IMG/VR virus record: IMGVR_UViG_3300045988_110372
Span: 1 to 64,000 of that record
DNA from: a virus
Direction: 5' to 3' (one strand)
Length of the DNA stretch: 64,000 bases
The position numbers were made by a program, and so were the translations under genes. The notes below the pieces were generated by a model. The model saw nothing but the letters and a program-made list of their open reading frames with translations, was not told the DNA's origin and did no database searches. Each line of letters starts with the position of its first letter. Position 1 is the first letter of the stretch. Positions 8,911 through 19,099 of the stretch are shown here, in pieces.

Positions 8911-9301
8911 GTTTGTAGTTAGATTTTGCATATTTGGTTTGAATACATATATGCTGATAGTTTTGATTTACGCATTAAATGGAGTAGATATATCTGAATA
9001 TGACTACCTATTTACAAATTCATTGCTATTTGGAGTGTTGCTTACTGTTTTGTCACATACACAAGGGAAATATCATTGTAGGTGGGCAAGATTTCTTTGC
9101 TATAATCTCGTTTTAGTCCCAATTGTTAATTACATTGATTGTAAATACTCTATATTTGATACAGCAGAAGAATACATATATTTTGCTTGCGGAACACTTA
9201 TGTTTGCTACAATATCTACTATTATACTAGCTATTAACCATTCCAGAAGAGCAAGAAAAGTTAAGAAATCAAGATACAAGGAGTATGGAATTAAGCGATA
9301 A
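8903..9301 (+). CDS. integral membrane protein (132 aa, about 4 TM)
   Basis: Four hydrophobic segments, for example 'LNTYMLIVLIYAL' and 'LLFGVLLTVL', and a basic C-terminus. Confidence 0.6.
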   Translation: MDKFVVRFCIFGLNTYMLIVLIYALNGVDISEYDYLFTNSLLFGVLLTVLSHTQGKYHCRWARFLCYNLVLVPIVNYIDCKYSIFDTAEEYIYFACGTLMFATISTIILAINHSRRARKVKKSRYKEYGIKR

Positions 9302-9737
9302 AACTAAAGAAAAGATAGACAAATTACCTATCGTATTGAAAATGGCAGTCAACTACTTACTTGACATGGTTGACAAGATTATAAACGGTGAATGTAACGA
9401 AGATACGGTAGCTTCTACTATTGCTACACTGAACAACAATGCAAGCGGAAGAGTATGCAAGGACGATGTACTTAATTATGACAAGGCAGGTGAAATACTA
9501 GGATTCGGTGCTACAAACAGAAGCGGTCTTAAATCCGTACTTGACAAATACGGAATAAAGCAGGTAGTAATAAACAATCAGCGTTGCGGTTTCTTACGTT
9601 CCGATATTATGGCACTTCGTGATAAGCTGAATGAGGATATTCGTAAACGTGAAGCTAAGAGAAAACGTAAGGAAGAAAAGGAATTACAAAAGTCTAGGCT
9701 TAAAGAAAACAGATTGAGAAAGTTGTTTAAAAGATAA
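9285..9737 (+). CDS. putative HTH DNA-binding protein (150 aa)
   Basis: 'LNYDKAGEILGFGATNRSGLKSVLDKYGI...GFLRSDIMAL' looks like an excisionase/MerR-type HTH. It is followed by a Lys/Arg-rich tail. Confidence 0.45.
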   Translation: MELSDKTKEKIDKLPIVLKMAVNYLLDMVDKIINGECNEDTVASTIATLNNNASGRVCKDDVLNYDKAGEILGFGATNRSGLKSVLDKYGIKQVVINNQRCGFLRSDIMALRDKLNEDIRKREAKRKRKEEKELQKSRLKENRLRKLFKR

Positions 9738-9770
9738 AGGGGAGCGATTAAAACTCCCCTTGTTTATTTT
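9737..9770. terminator. bidirectional intrinsic terminator
   Basis: The stem AAGGGGAG/CTCCCCTT (9737-44 with 9754-61) is followed by 'GTTTATTTT'. It sits between convergent transcription units. Confidence 0.65.
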
Positions 9771-9941
9771 ATCCCTCTACTTGCTCAACGTAAAGTCCTA
9801 CGAGTGCCGACAAGTCCTGATAAACTGCTTGTTCGTCTGCCAGCATCAATCAACGCCTTTGCTTCTTCTTTCAATTCTTCTTTCATAATTCAAAACATTT
9901 AGTTAAACATTAATTTATCGTCACAAATATACGTTAATCTT

Positions 9942-10256
9942 TTAAATATACTTCATCCAGGAATATTTTTTTCTGTTACTCAGGTAAAACATGTCACTTT
10001 CATTGCTGTATGCCTCCTTCTCAAGTGATATGTTTTTGTAAGCATTTCCTTTGTAAAAAAGCCTTACAATCCATTCTACAATATACCACAAGTAGAAGAA
10101 TATATATAACATTTCTTTCATTTGTGCTGTATGTATTTCCTCGTGGTTAATTGTTTTAACGTCTATATTTGCTCTTTCTCTTACAAACAATACACCGAAT
10201 ATGTTTATTGCCTTAAACCCATTAAAAGGGATTATTTTATTTCTTATTATCTTCAT
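9942..10256 (-). CDS. small HExxH protein with a hydrophobic segment (104 aa)
   Basis: 'INHEEIHTAQ' contains HExxH. It is followed by 'MLYIFFYLWYIVEWIVRLF'. Confidence 0.45.
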   Translation of the reverse strand: MKIIRNKIIPFNGFKAINIFGVLFVRERANIDVKTINHEEIHTAQMKEMLYIFFYLWYIVEWIVRLFYKGNAYKNISLEKEAYSNESDMFYLSNRKKYSWMKYI

Positions 10257-10268
10257 ATATCTTACTAT

Positions 10269-10748
10269 TTACTCTGTTGCTTTATCTGTTATAGGCGAAT
10301 AACTTGCTACTGTAATTTCGGGTGTTTCTTCTGCTGATACGTTTTCAACTGCTTCTGTCGCCTTGTATAATACATTATTGTAGTTTGTCTTAAAATCTTT
10401 AGGTATTGACTGGTTAATAAAATTACTCCAGTTCGGGAACAGCTCCTTAACCTGCAATGCTTGTTCGTCCGTAAGATTCATAGTGTTTATACTTGATTCA
10501 AACAGCTTAGACATAACATCTACCTTTTCTTTTAATAATTCTATGCTTTCGCTCGAAGTGCTCTTAATAGAACGTATTCTTTCCGCTTCCGCTTCGTCTA
10601 TCTCTTGATATTGGTCTATTTCCTCCCATGAAGGAATTGTAATAGTGGTTAAGATAGGTTTATACTTATCTTCCACATCTGCAAGTGTAATGTAGTGCTG
10701 GTATGCAGCACTGATAACTTTTCCGTAGGATTGATTTTTAATATCCAT
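10269..10748 (-). CDS. hypothetical acidic protein downstream of the tail fibre (159 aa)
   Basis: Intact ORF. Its position suggests a tail-fibre accessory or assembly factor, but that is inference only. Confidence 0.55.
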   Translation of the reverse strand: MDIKNQSYGKVISAAYQHYITLADVEDKYKPILTTITIPSWEEIDQYQEIDEAEAERIRSIKSTSSESIELLKEKVDVMSKLFESSINTMNLTDEQALQVKELFPNWSNFINQSIPKDFKTNYNNVLYKATEAVENVSAEETPEITVASYSPITDKATE

Positions 10749-10757
10749 AATTATTTT

Positions 10758-11036
10758 TTATAAAGGTTGAACTTCTTGAACATCCGAAACCATTTCTTCA
10801 AAGGCTTTCTTTACAAACGCCTTATATCCGCTGTCGATGTACTTTCGGATGATTTCTATTTCACTCTCATTTGCTTCTACTTCTCCGTCTTTATAGATTC
10901 TCTGTGCAAGGTCTAATTCTCCCAAGTCAGAAGTTTCACGATAGATGTAATTCCCCAGTTCTTTCGAGATGTCACGAGGTTCCAAGTTACCTTCAATGTC
11001 CCTTGTCGGGACAGCTTTAAAATTAAGTTTTTTCAT
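10758..11036 (-). CDS. hypothetical protein (92 aa)
   Basis: Intact ORF immediately downstream of the giant tail gene. Confidence 0.55.
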   Translation of the reverse strand: MKKLNFKAVPTRDIEGNLEPRDISKELGNYIYRETSDLGELDLAQRIYKDGEVEANESEIEIIRKYIDSGYKAFVKKAFEEMVSDVQEVQPL

Positions 11037-11065
11037 AATTAAACAGTTTTTATAGAAAGTTTTAT

Positions 11066-14000
11066 TTAAAATGTTCCAAGTTTGGGTGATTCGTAATAAA
11101 CAGCTATAAATACTTTTGCATCCATAAGAGACCAGTTGTTATAGTTACTTGTCGTACTATATTCAAAGTATGTACTATAAATGTTTTCAATTACTGCAAC
11201 AGTTAATTTTCCATTAGATAAAGCTGTTATCTGAACATGATAAAGTGTATTCCCTATATTGTGTGTTACTCTATATAGACCTGTAGCTTTTTTTGTTACA
11301 GAAAATTCGATAGGAGTTCCTGAACTGTTAGGAATAGAAGCGCCAATAGATCTATTTAGATATCCCGAAGCTGTTATATATGCAGAGAATATACACTTAG
11401 CATAATGCACAACAGCACAAACATTACTACCCCCCTGAGTTCTTCCACAATACGTAAGCTGTATTCCTTTTGTGTTAACAGTAAGACCTGTACCATTTTC
11501 ATCATATATCATCAAGCCATTATACATCAATGTAGTTTTCAAAGTCTTATCTGTACTTTTAGTTTTACCTCTAAGGAACAAAGATTCAGGTGTTAATGTA
11601 CCTTGCAAAGTAGAACCATCCGAATAAACCGTTGTCAAGTCCATTTGCGCATAATATCGTGTCGTTCCAACAGTAGCCTTATTGGATATCAGTTTGAACA
11701 GTACATTACTTCCTTGCGTCATTTTCATGCCGTCCTTGTTGACAAGTGCGCTTACACCATCTGTATTTGAAGCATTAAGTGTTTTTACTACAAGAGCATC
11801 CGCTTCAATCAGACTTGTACGAATATGTCCTCCCTCAATGATTGTATTTCCGGCTGTTGCTGCGGAAACCATATCAGCATAGCTGGCATATCCTAACTTT
11901 TTAGCCATATCCTCTTTAGAGGAATTTATACTAGAAGTGACATCGCCTGAGTCAGCTTTATTATTGATTGTGCTCTGCAAACTACTATTAAGAGAACTGA
12001 ATGTAATCTTTCCTTGTAAAGATACATCTTTTCCGAAAATACTTATGGCGTTCTCTTTAACGGTAATTCCTGTCTTAATCTCTTCTGTTGTGGAATAATC
12101 GCTAGGTGCAGCACTCCACGGTGTTGACCTTTCTCCTTTTTCGACTTTGAGATTCCAAACACGGAAGTAACCTATTGGTTTATTGTCTTGTAACACAGAA
12201 GAAATGTAATAAAAAACCATTTCAATATTAGAATCTTTGATATTTGTATCACTACCACCTAAAGTTAAGGGAGGAGTAATAATTTTACCTGTACCATTAG
12301 ATTTTAAATTAGGAATACTATGAGCAGTCCAACCAAATTTATCGTCAAACTGAACCCTAAAATATGAGTTCTCCGTTGCGTTCCAAATAAGATTTCTTGC
12401 TTCGTATTCAAATGAAATGGTTACTATATCTCCTTTTTTTAAACCTGACGTTTTGTATAATGTATTTCTTTGATTTGCTACATTATTAAAAGTAGTCAAT
12501 CTTTTTTCGTTGCTTGTCAATAAAGCATAGTTTTGATTAATAGATTCATCTACTTTGTAGGCATAAACTTTTGTAAAGTAAGCTTCGCCTAAATTAGATG
12601 TCCCTTTAATACTGAAACATATACTTGCAGAAATAGAATCTGTTGGTATTGTTATATATCCTGACGAGGTATTCCATCCTTTTGTTTTGGATTCTATTGC
12701 ATCAAGCTCTATGTATTTGTATGTTTCATTTTTCAGTTTTATTCTAAGACCTACTGTTACATTATAATTACACTTCTCCGCATTAACTAAGGCAGTTACA
12801 TAATATTTTTCTCCTACATTAACATTAACGTATGACTTAGCATAAATCGTACCAACTGTACTTTTCATACAATAACTTGTAGGACAACTATTGTTGGCAG
12901 TTGCCGCACTAACTCGTGAACCTCCGGTATAAAGCAAGCTATAATTAGCATCATCGAAGCAACTGTCAGGAACAATGTTGGTTATCTTGCTCACACTTGT
13001 AACCTTAGAAGAAATACCAATCCAAATGTTATCAGGTTGTAACGCGACTTCTGCTTTGCTTACACGTGTAGTCAGCGCTGACAAATTGTTATTAGTCTGA
13101 TTCAGGTTGTTCTGAACGGTAGTTACTTCTGTCTTTTCGGCTTTTAGCAATAATTTTTCTGAGTGCTGTTCTATGACTGTCTGCATAGATTTTACAGTCG
13201 TAATCGTTGCGTACTTCTTGTCTGCATTTTGTCCGGCTGTTGTTATAGCATCATTCTTAGCCTTATTTGCCTTGTTGGTAGCATCTGTAGCAGCAGTAGA
13301 TATAGCGTCCTGCTTTGCCTTATTTGCCTTGGAAGTTGCGTCAGCAGAGGCAGTACTTATTGCTGAAGTCTTTGCATCATTCGCCTTTTTGGTTGCATCG
13401 CTCGCAGCAGTATTAATTATTTCCTGCTTAATAGTAGTAATTTCAGTAGAAGAAACCTTACTATTAATTTCACCTTCTAATACACTGAATTGTGCCGTAA
13501 CTTCTTTTTTATATTCAGTCAAAGCGTTTTCCGAATCTTCGGGAGCAGGTGACCAGTCTGTAGATTTAGTTCCTGTTTCAAGTTTCCAATTACCTTCAAC
13601 ATTACCTTTTATTAAGGTAAACTTTATATATTTTGTAGTTTCTAAAGTTTGGAAAGTCTTTGTTTTTGGAGATGTCCAAGTAATACCAGGCAAACAAATG
13701 CCTAACCATTTTTTGCTACTATCGTAACAATGAATAGAGCCTGAATGTCTATCTACCGATATACTTTTGTATAATGTTAGTGTATAATATCCATATTTTG
13801 CAGGGATAAAATCTTTTGAGCAGTAATTGTATCCATCTTTTACACTGTAATAATTTCCGTTTTCTGCTTGTATATAACCATCTACTATATTAGATATAGC
13901 AATTAGATTTCTACCTCCAATCTGAATATTATTAATAGCATTATTGGTGTATTCTTTTGAAGAAGTTACAGCAGCAGTAATACTGTTGTTGGTCTGCTCA

Positions 14001-17000
14001 AACTGTGAACTTACCGTTTTCTTATAAGAACTTAAATCGTTGGCTATACCTTGCGCATAATCACGTGCCGCATTTGAGATAGCGGTTAAAGCATTTGTTC
14101 TCTGTGTATAATACGTTGTCTGCTTTGTAGCAAAATCAGAAGGAATAGCAATTGTTTCAGGAGATGAAGCCGTAAGAGTTACCAACACAGCACGATAAGT
14201 CGTGTGTGCATTGTTGTAATTTGTAGGAGTACCTAGATTGTACTTACTATATCCGTTTGCAATCTGTGTCTTGTCTGCGTCAATTCTAGCTATTTCTTCT
14301 TTCAATGACTGCTTTTCTGTTGGAGAAATAGAACCGTCAGAAGCCCAACTATCTAATCGGCTCTTAGCTTCATCAGCATCACTTTGTGCATTGTTTGCTG
14401 CCGCTTTTGCGTTGGCAGCATCCTTTATTGCCTGATTAGCCTTTTCTTGTGCCGCATCTGCAGTTTGTTGTGCAGCATCTGCAAGGGATTTAGCCTTTGC
14501 TGATATAGCGTTCAATAAATCGGTGCGAGCATCGTAGTAATCCTTAAACTTGCTTCTGAATGCAGCTCCTGATATATTACTTGTTGTTGAAAGACTTGAA
14601 AGCAACGGTGTTATATAAGCACTTAGCGTATTATAAGCCGTATCGTAAGCAGTCCTGCTTACTCCGTACTTGTCAGCACTTGCATTGTTTTTAGGCTTTT
14701 CAGAAACAATAATATCCCATTCTTTTTTTGTTTCCTGCTTTTCCTGAGCAGTCAGCTTGTTGTCATTTGCTATATCAGACAATAAGGCGTTTGCAGTTGC
14801 CGCGCTTTGAACGGCGTTATTGGCTGTCTGCTGTGCACTATCAGCTGCTTGTTTAGCTGCATCTGCCGCAGCCTGAGCCTGATTTGCCTTAGTATCATCC
14901 GTATACTTAGAAGCAAGTTCCCAGTGCTCAATAGAAAACTGAGCATTTGCTTGTTTGGCAGTCTTGCATCGAAGCAAATCATTCTTGTAGCTTCCGTATG
15001 TAGCATTAACCCACAAATCTCCAATATCATACACCGAGGCATTAGACGGGGTAGTCACAAATACCCTTCTTTTTCCATCTGCCGTGTCCTGCGCTTTTTT
15101 AGCGTCAGCCAAAGCTTTTGTGATATCAGAATCGGTTATTACCTGCCATGTATACTTACTACCACTCACTTGAAAGCGATACGCTTTTCCATTACCATCA
15201 TAATACAAGTCGCCTAAATGTACGTTCTTGTCTTCGTTTGTAGTCCAATTTACAGCAGGCTCGTTACTTAATGTAGGAACTGGTTCATAAAACCATGTTT
15301 CAATAGCACCGTCTATTTGGTTTTTAACAGCTTCTAAATCCTTAGATAACTGATTTACAAATGAAATGTTTTCAGATAAATCAGATATAGCATCGTCTAC
15401 TTTTGTATTGACTTCCCCTACTGCGTTGTCGATATAGTCCTTTACGCTTTCTCCCGAACTGAATCTTATTGCATCGGCAATAATCATTACTTCCGAACGA
15501 GAAAATGAAACAAATTCTTTTCCGTCCAAAGAATAGGAATTGATACCACGATACAATTTAAAATACGGTGCATCATTGCCGTATGCAGACAAGATAATAG
15601 CTGCCTGACGTGTAGCATCAGACTTATTACCCAACTGTACGATATCATCGCCAGCCTTAGGTTCAGTAGAACCTGTATCGCAATCGGTTTTAGAAAGGTC
15701 TATATAGTTATCTCCTGTGCCTACAACAGCACGCCAATAGTAGGTATTAGTGACGTTCTCATTAACACCTTCCTTAACGTTAAAAGTCTGTGCCCTTGCC
15801 AAGTCACCGACAACAAATTCCTGCTCTATTGTTCTTTCTCCGTCCGTGTTCTCAAAATAGCAACGATAGAAATCTCCTTTATCCTCTATCTTAACGCAAG
15901 ACATAGATGCCGGAGTCAGAATAATCTGACCGCCAACATGCTTTATCTGTTGTATAAGCAACCGAATAAATGTGGCTACCTTTCTGACAAGCATACGGTC
16001 TACCTCCAGATAACTGTCACCGTTTTCGTCTTTCTTCAGACAGAATCCAGCCCCTAACGCACCAGTAGAGAAATTAGCTGATTCTATTCCGCTTCGTACA
16101 AGTATAGAAAGTAAATCTGCAACACCCTGTTCGTCAATATTGGCTCCTTTCAAGCCTTTTTTATAGTCGCCTATTGCCAACGCACCTCTAAGCAACAAAT
16201 TAAGCAGCTCTGCTGCTCCGTCCGCTGAAATCTTTGCACCTGACTTTTTGCTTAGATATGTACCTATTTCCAAACCGTCAATTAGCTTTACAAGGTCGTT
16301 GAATGTCTTTTCTCCCTTTGCTCTGTCGGCTACGTCCTTTCTAATAAAGTATTTGTTCCCTTGACTTAGTATGTCACCGCTTCCTATATTGGAAAGTACG
16401 TCCTGCTTAACACCGTCAAGCATTGTTTGTAATGAGTTCTGACCGATAGAAAGCGTATCTGCCAAGTTTACTTCTATTTCAGGCAATGGCGAATCTGAAC
16501 TCATTGTATATGTAAAGTTGTCTACATAGAAAGTATACTGTACCTTGTTGTATTCTACTATAAGCCGTGAATTTTCGTTCAACTGTTCAAGAATATCAGG
16601 ATGTTCTGCAAAGAATATACGGCTGAACTTTATGGAGAAGTTAAACTTCTCGCTGTTGTTTTCTGCCATATACTGAATGAGGTATTCTTTAAGGTCGTTT
16701 TCGGCTTTGTATATGTACGAATCGGGCATGTTTATGTTCAGTATGACAAATGTATCACCTGCTTTCGGTTTGAGGTTTTTTGATACATTAGGCATGACGT
16801 TTGTATAGGTTGTATCGTCTTTCTTTAGTGCAACCCATACTTCATAGTTTACCGTATCGTTCTGTCTGTCTTGCGGTGTTTCTTTCTGCAATCCGTCACG
16901 ACCGCATCTTACGTTTCCGTTCTCGTCACGTAACAGATTCCCGCTATCGTCTACCTGAACCAAATTCTTCTGTGTTTCATCTCCTGCTCCTATTTCAAAG

Positions 17001-18835
17001 GTACAAGAGCCGCACATACCGCTTGTAAACGAAAATTCCATATTTCCGCTTTCGGATGCTTGGTCGAATAGATTGAATCCGTAATCTCCGTTGAACTTTC
17101 TAAGCTTTCCGAAGAAGTAAGGATGAACGTATTCGTTTTTCTCGCCGTCAAACTCATCACTGTCATTTTCGTCATACGCAAATTCGGTGAACATGTCTAT
17201 TCTAAGTCCTTCCGCATTTGTCATTCCCTTGATAGACGGTTTAATATCTTCTGCGGTAACTTTGCCCTCTAAAGGATTGCCCTCTGAATATACGTTCTCA
17301 AATGTGTAGTATTCGTCTGAATCAGGCTTCTGATATGTGTCGTTCAGCGCATTGTAGAATCTTTGCTCGCCTTCCGTTTCTCTGTATATAGGCGGCATAA
17401 GTTCCGTACAATAAGGTATCTGCTTGCCTATATTCTGTGTAAAGTAGTCACCTACTACTAGTTTAGGGCTTCCGTTAAGACTTATACCTATTTCTTCAAG
17501 CTTGACTTCCTTTCCGTTCAAGTCCCAATATTCATAGTATGAACTAGGGAATGAAGCCTCAAAGTAGAATTTGGCACTTGTCACAGAATCACTTACAATG
17601 CCAGTGTAGGAAACCTTGAATACAACCTTGATTGTGTAGTCACCTGCTGCTACCTTATCTCCGTTGTTCAGGACTTTGTACTGTGTATCTTCTTCGCCAT
17701 ATCCCTTAATCGTAAATGACGGTGAACTTAAAGCACCCAAGCTGAAATTAATAGGCATAAAGGCGGTATTGACTGTAATGCTTGCATCATGCAGTATCGT
17801 TACGTTTACAAGGAATGTAGCCGTACTTTTATAAGCACTGCCTTCTTTTCTTACTGGTATTGATATTTCAGAATTTGCTTCGTAGTCGACAAATGTTGAC
17901 GAATTGTAAAACTCGTAGAAATTTATGACAACGACATTTTCGCCACTTTTCTTTGAGTAGATACATTTGTCAGTCGAACCTACTTTCTCGGCAAATTTGA
18001 CCGCATCTACAAGCGATAAATCGGATTGTGACAGACCTTGATTGCCTGAATATACATTTATTGAAACTTCACCCTTTGGTGTCTTGTTCGGATAGTAGTA
18101 AGGGATATTGTCACTGCTTCCTACACCAGTAATTCTGTTTACAAGGTTGTAGTTTGCGTTCTCTTTTGATACGGAAAGCAAAGCACCGTCAATGCCGTAC
18201 TTCATCACCGTAGGTATTGCGTTCTGCTCATATCCTACGTGTATGGTCTTTCCGACAAAATAGTAAGGCAGCTTATATACATTGTATATTTCCTGCAAAG
18301 CTTCAAGAATGTATTTGTCCTCGAAAGATACAAGCTGGCTTTCAGAAGTTATGCCCTCGTCAATTACGGCTGTATAGTCTATCTTTGAGTAGGACATGGA
18401 AGCATTAAGTCTAGCGACAAATTGTGTTATGTCACCCATGAACTGTACTTTCAGACTGTTGGAAACAACACCGTCAATCGTGCTGTCGCCCTGAACCGCA
18501 TCTATGAAATAGGTATGATTGAGGACTTCACGTTCGGATTTGAGAGTAACCGAATGTTCGTATCTTTCGTCCTCGTTGCTTTTAGACGATGAGGGTGTAT
18601 CTTTTACATAGAACTTCTGACCGTCAAATGAAGCATACACCTTGTTCGTCCAAAGCTTGTCGAGGCAAAGTCTGTGCTTTACGGTAGCCTCTATTGTGGG
18701 TACGCCGCCCATTCTTCCGTTTGCATCGTATTTGAAATCGCCTATGACAATCTGTTCCGTCTTGTTTGGGAACGGTGTATCCTCGATTCCGTCTACGAAT
18801 GTGTATAACTTTAAAATCTTCTCCATTGTGCACAT
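11066..18835 (-). CDS. giant tail fibre / host-recognition structural protein (2589 aa)
   Basis: A single uninterrupted 7.8-kb ORF.
- The N-terminal region resembles phage minor-structural / tail-tip proteins.
- The centre holds long Ala/Gln/Lys coiled coils such as 'AADAAKQAADSAQQTANNAVQ'.
- There are three 19-aa tandem repeats.
- Several beta-rich putative binding domains follow.
- A motif 'GDLYYDGNGKAYRF...WQ' is typical of phage fibre proteins.
An alternative ATG lies at 18826. Confidence 0.8.
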   Translation of the reverse strand: MCTMEKILKLYTFVDGIEDTPFPNKTEQIVIGDFKYDANGRMGGVPTIEATVKHRLCLDKLWTNKVYASFDGQKFYVKDTPSSSKSNEDERYEHSVTLKSEREVLNHTYFIDAVQGDSTIDGVVSNSLKVQFMGDITQFVARLNASMSYSKIDYTAVIDEGITSESQLVSFEDKYILEALQEIYNVYKLPYYFVGKTIHVGYEQNAIPTVMKYGIDGALLSVSKENANYNLVNRITGVGSSDNIPYYYPNKTPKGEVSINVYSGNQGLSQSDLSLVDAVKFAEKVGSTDKCIYSKKSGENVVVINFYEFYNSSTFVDYEANSEISIPVRKEGSAYKSTATFLVNVTILHDASITVNTAFMPINFSLGALSSPSFTIKGYGEEDTQYKVLNNGDKVAAGDYTIKVVFKVSYTGIVSDSVTSAKFYFEASFPSSYYEYWDLNGKEVKLEEIGISLNGSPKLVVGDYFTQNIGKQIPYCTELMPPIYRETEGEQRFYNALNDTYQKPDSDEYYTFENVYSEGNPLEGKVTAEDIKPSIKGMTNAEGLRIDMFTEFAYDENDSDEFDGEKNEYVHPYFFGKLRKFNGDYGFNLFDQASESGNMEFSFTSGMCGSCTFEIGAGDETQKNLVQVDDSGNLLRDENGNVRCGRDGLQKETPQDRQNDTVNYEVWVALKKDDTTYTNVMPNVSKNLKPKAGDTFVILNINMPDSYIYKAENDLKEYLIQYMAENNSEKFNFSIKFSRIFFAEHPDILEQLNENSRLIVEYNKVQYTFYVDNFTYTMSSDSPLPEIEVNLADTLSIGQNSLQTMLDGVKQDVLSNIGSGDILSQGNKYFIRKDVADRAKGEKTFNDLVKLIDGLEIGTYLSKKSGAKISADGAAELLNLLLRGALAIGDYKKGLKGANIDEQGVADLLSILVRSGIESANFSTGALGAGFCLKKDENGDSYLEVDRMLVRKVATFIRLLIQQIKHVGGQIILTPASMSCVKIEDKGDFYRCYFENTDGERTIEQEFVVGDLARAQTFNVKEGVNENVTNTYYWRAVVGTGDNYIDLSKTDCDTGSTEPKAGDDIVQLGNKSDATRQAAIILSAYGNDAPYFKLYRGINSYSLDGKEFVSFSRSEVMIIADAIRFSSGESVKDYIDNAVGEVNTKVDDAISDLSENISFVNQLSKDLEAVKNQIDGAIETWFYEPVPTLSNEPAVNWTTNEDKNVHLGDLYYDGNGKAYRFQVSGSKYTWQVITDSDITKALADAKKAQDTADGKRRVFVTTPSNASVYDIGDLWVNATYGSYKNDLLRCKTAKQANAQFSIEHWELASKYTDDTKANQAQAAADAAKQAADSAQQTANNAVQSAATANALLSDIANDNKLTAQEKQETKKEWDIIVSEKPKNNASADKYGVSRTAYDTAYNTLSAYITPLLSSLSTTSNISGAAFRSKFKDYYDARTDLLNAISAKAKSLADAAQQTADAAQEKANQAIKDAANAKAAANNAQSDADEAKSRLDSWASDGSISPTEKQSLKEEIARIDADKTQIANGYSKYNLGTPTNYNNAHTTYRAVLVTLTASSPETIAIPSDFATKQTTYYTQRTNALTAISNAARDYAQGIANDLSSYKKTVSSQFEQTNNSITAAVTSSKEYTNNAINNIQIGGRNLIAISNIVDGYIQAENGNYYSVKDGYNYCSKDFIPAKYGYYTLTLYKSISVDRHSGSIHCYDSSKKWLGICLPGITWTSPKTKTFQTLETTKYIKFTLIKGNVEGNWKLETGTKSTDWSPAPEDSENALTEYKKEVTAQFSVLEGEINSKVSSTEITTIKQEIINTAASDATKKANDAKTSAISTASADATSKANKAKQDAISTAATDATNKANKAKNDAITTAGQNADKKYATITTVKSMQTVIEQHSEKLLLKAEKTEVTTVQNNLNQTNNNLSALTTRVSKAEVALQPDNIWIGISSKVTSVSKITNIVPDSCFDDANYSLLYTGGSRVSAATANNSCPTSYCMKSTVGTIYAKSYVNVNVGEKYYVTALVNAEKCNYNVTVGLRIKLKNETYKYIELDAIESKTKGWNTSSGYITIPTDSISASICFSIKGTSNLGEAYFTKVYAYKVDESINQNYALLTSNEKRLTTFNNVANQRNTLYKTSGLKKGDIVTISFEYEARNLIWNATENSYFRVQFDDKFGWTAHSIPNLKSNGTGKIITPPLTLGGSDTNIKDSNIEMVFYYISSVLQDNKPIGYFRVWNLKVEKGERSTPWSAAPSDYSTTEEIKTGITVKENAISIFGKDVSLQGKITFSSLNSSLQSTINNKADSGDVTSSINSSKEDMAKKLGYASYADMVSAATAGNTIIEGGHIRTSLIEADALVVKTLNASNTDGVSALVNKDGMKMTQGSNVLFKLISNKATVGTTRYYAQMDLTTVYSDGSTLQGTLTPESLFLRGKTKSTDKTLKTTLMYNGLMIYDENGTGLTVNTKGIQLTYCGRTQGGSNVCAVVHYAKCIFSAYITASGYLNRSIGASIPNSSGTPIEFSVTKKATGLYRVTHNIGNTLYHVQITALSNGKLTVAVIENIYSTYFEYSTTSNYNNWSLMDAKVFIAVYYESPKLGTF
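13230..13405 (-). repeat. 3 x 57-nt in-frame tandem repeat inside the tail fibre gene
   Basis: The period of 57 nt is seen from 'GCCTTATTTGCCTTG' recurring at about 13260 and about 13317, with a diverged third copy at about 13374. It encodes 'ATKKANDAKTSAISTASAD / ATSKANKAKQDAISTAATD / ATNKANKAKNDAITTAGQN'. Confidence 0.7.
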
Positions 18836-18845
18836 ATATTTAGCA

Positions 18846-18853
18846 CAAATATA
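18846..18853 (-). promoter_or_regulatory. candidate -7 promoter box for the tail fibre gene
   Basis: The minus-strand sequence reads 'TATATTTG', just upstream of the ATG at 18835/18826. This would give a very short leader. Confidence 0.35.
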
Positions 18854-19099
18854 CTACATTTTTGTACTTATTACAATTATGCAAAGTTAAACTATGTTAA
18901 TTTGTTTGCAGATTGAAAATTAATGATTATATTTGCTTCGTATTTGATAAATGTACCGTGCGAAAATTGTAGAAAGTTCTTTTTAATAAGATATACTATA
19001 AAGAAGGCATTGGGACTACACACGGTACATTTCCAATGCTTTCTTTTTTTTTATATACTTTATGTTGTATCGGCTAGAAACCTCGGACATAAAGTTAAA

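Noticed and set aside
13173-13727. A 184-aa ORF on the + strand, plus several 60-136-aa ORFs at 11405-18890, lie antisense to the giant tail fibre gene.
   Set aside because: They lie entirely inside a 7.8-kb ORF with coherent domain structure. Their sequences are low-complexity mirror images of the Ala/Gln/Lys repeats, and they have no start context.
13230-14900. Tandem and quasi-periodic nucleotide repeats were considered as a possible CRISPR array or a DGR variable region.
   Set aside because: The repeats are in frame within the fibre ORF, with a 57-nt period encoding 19 aa, and have no unique spacers. No reverse transcriptase or template-repeat copy is present in the window.
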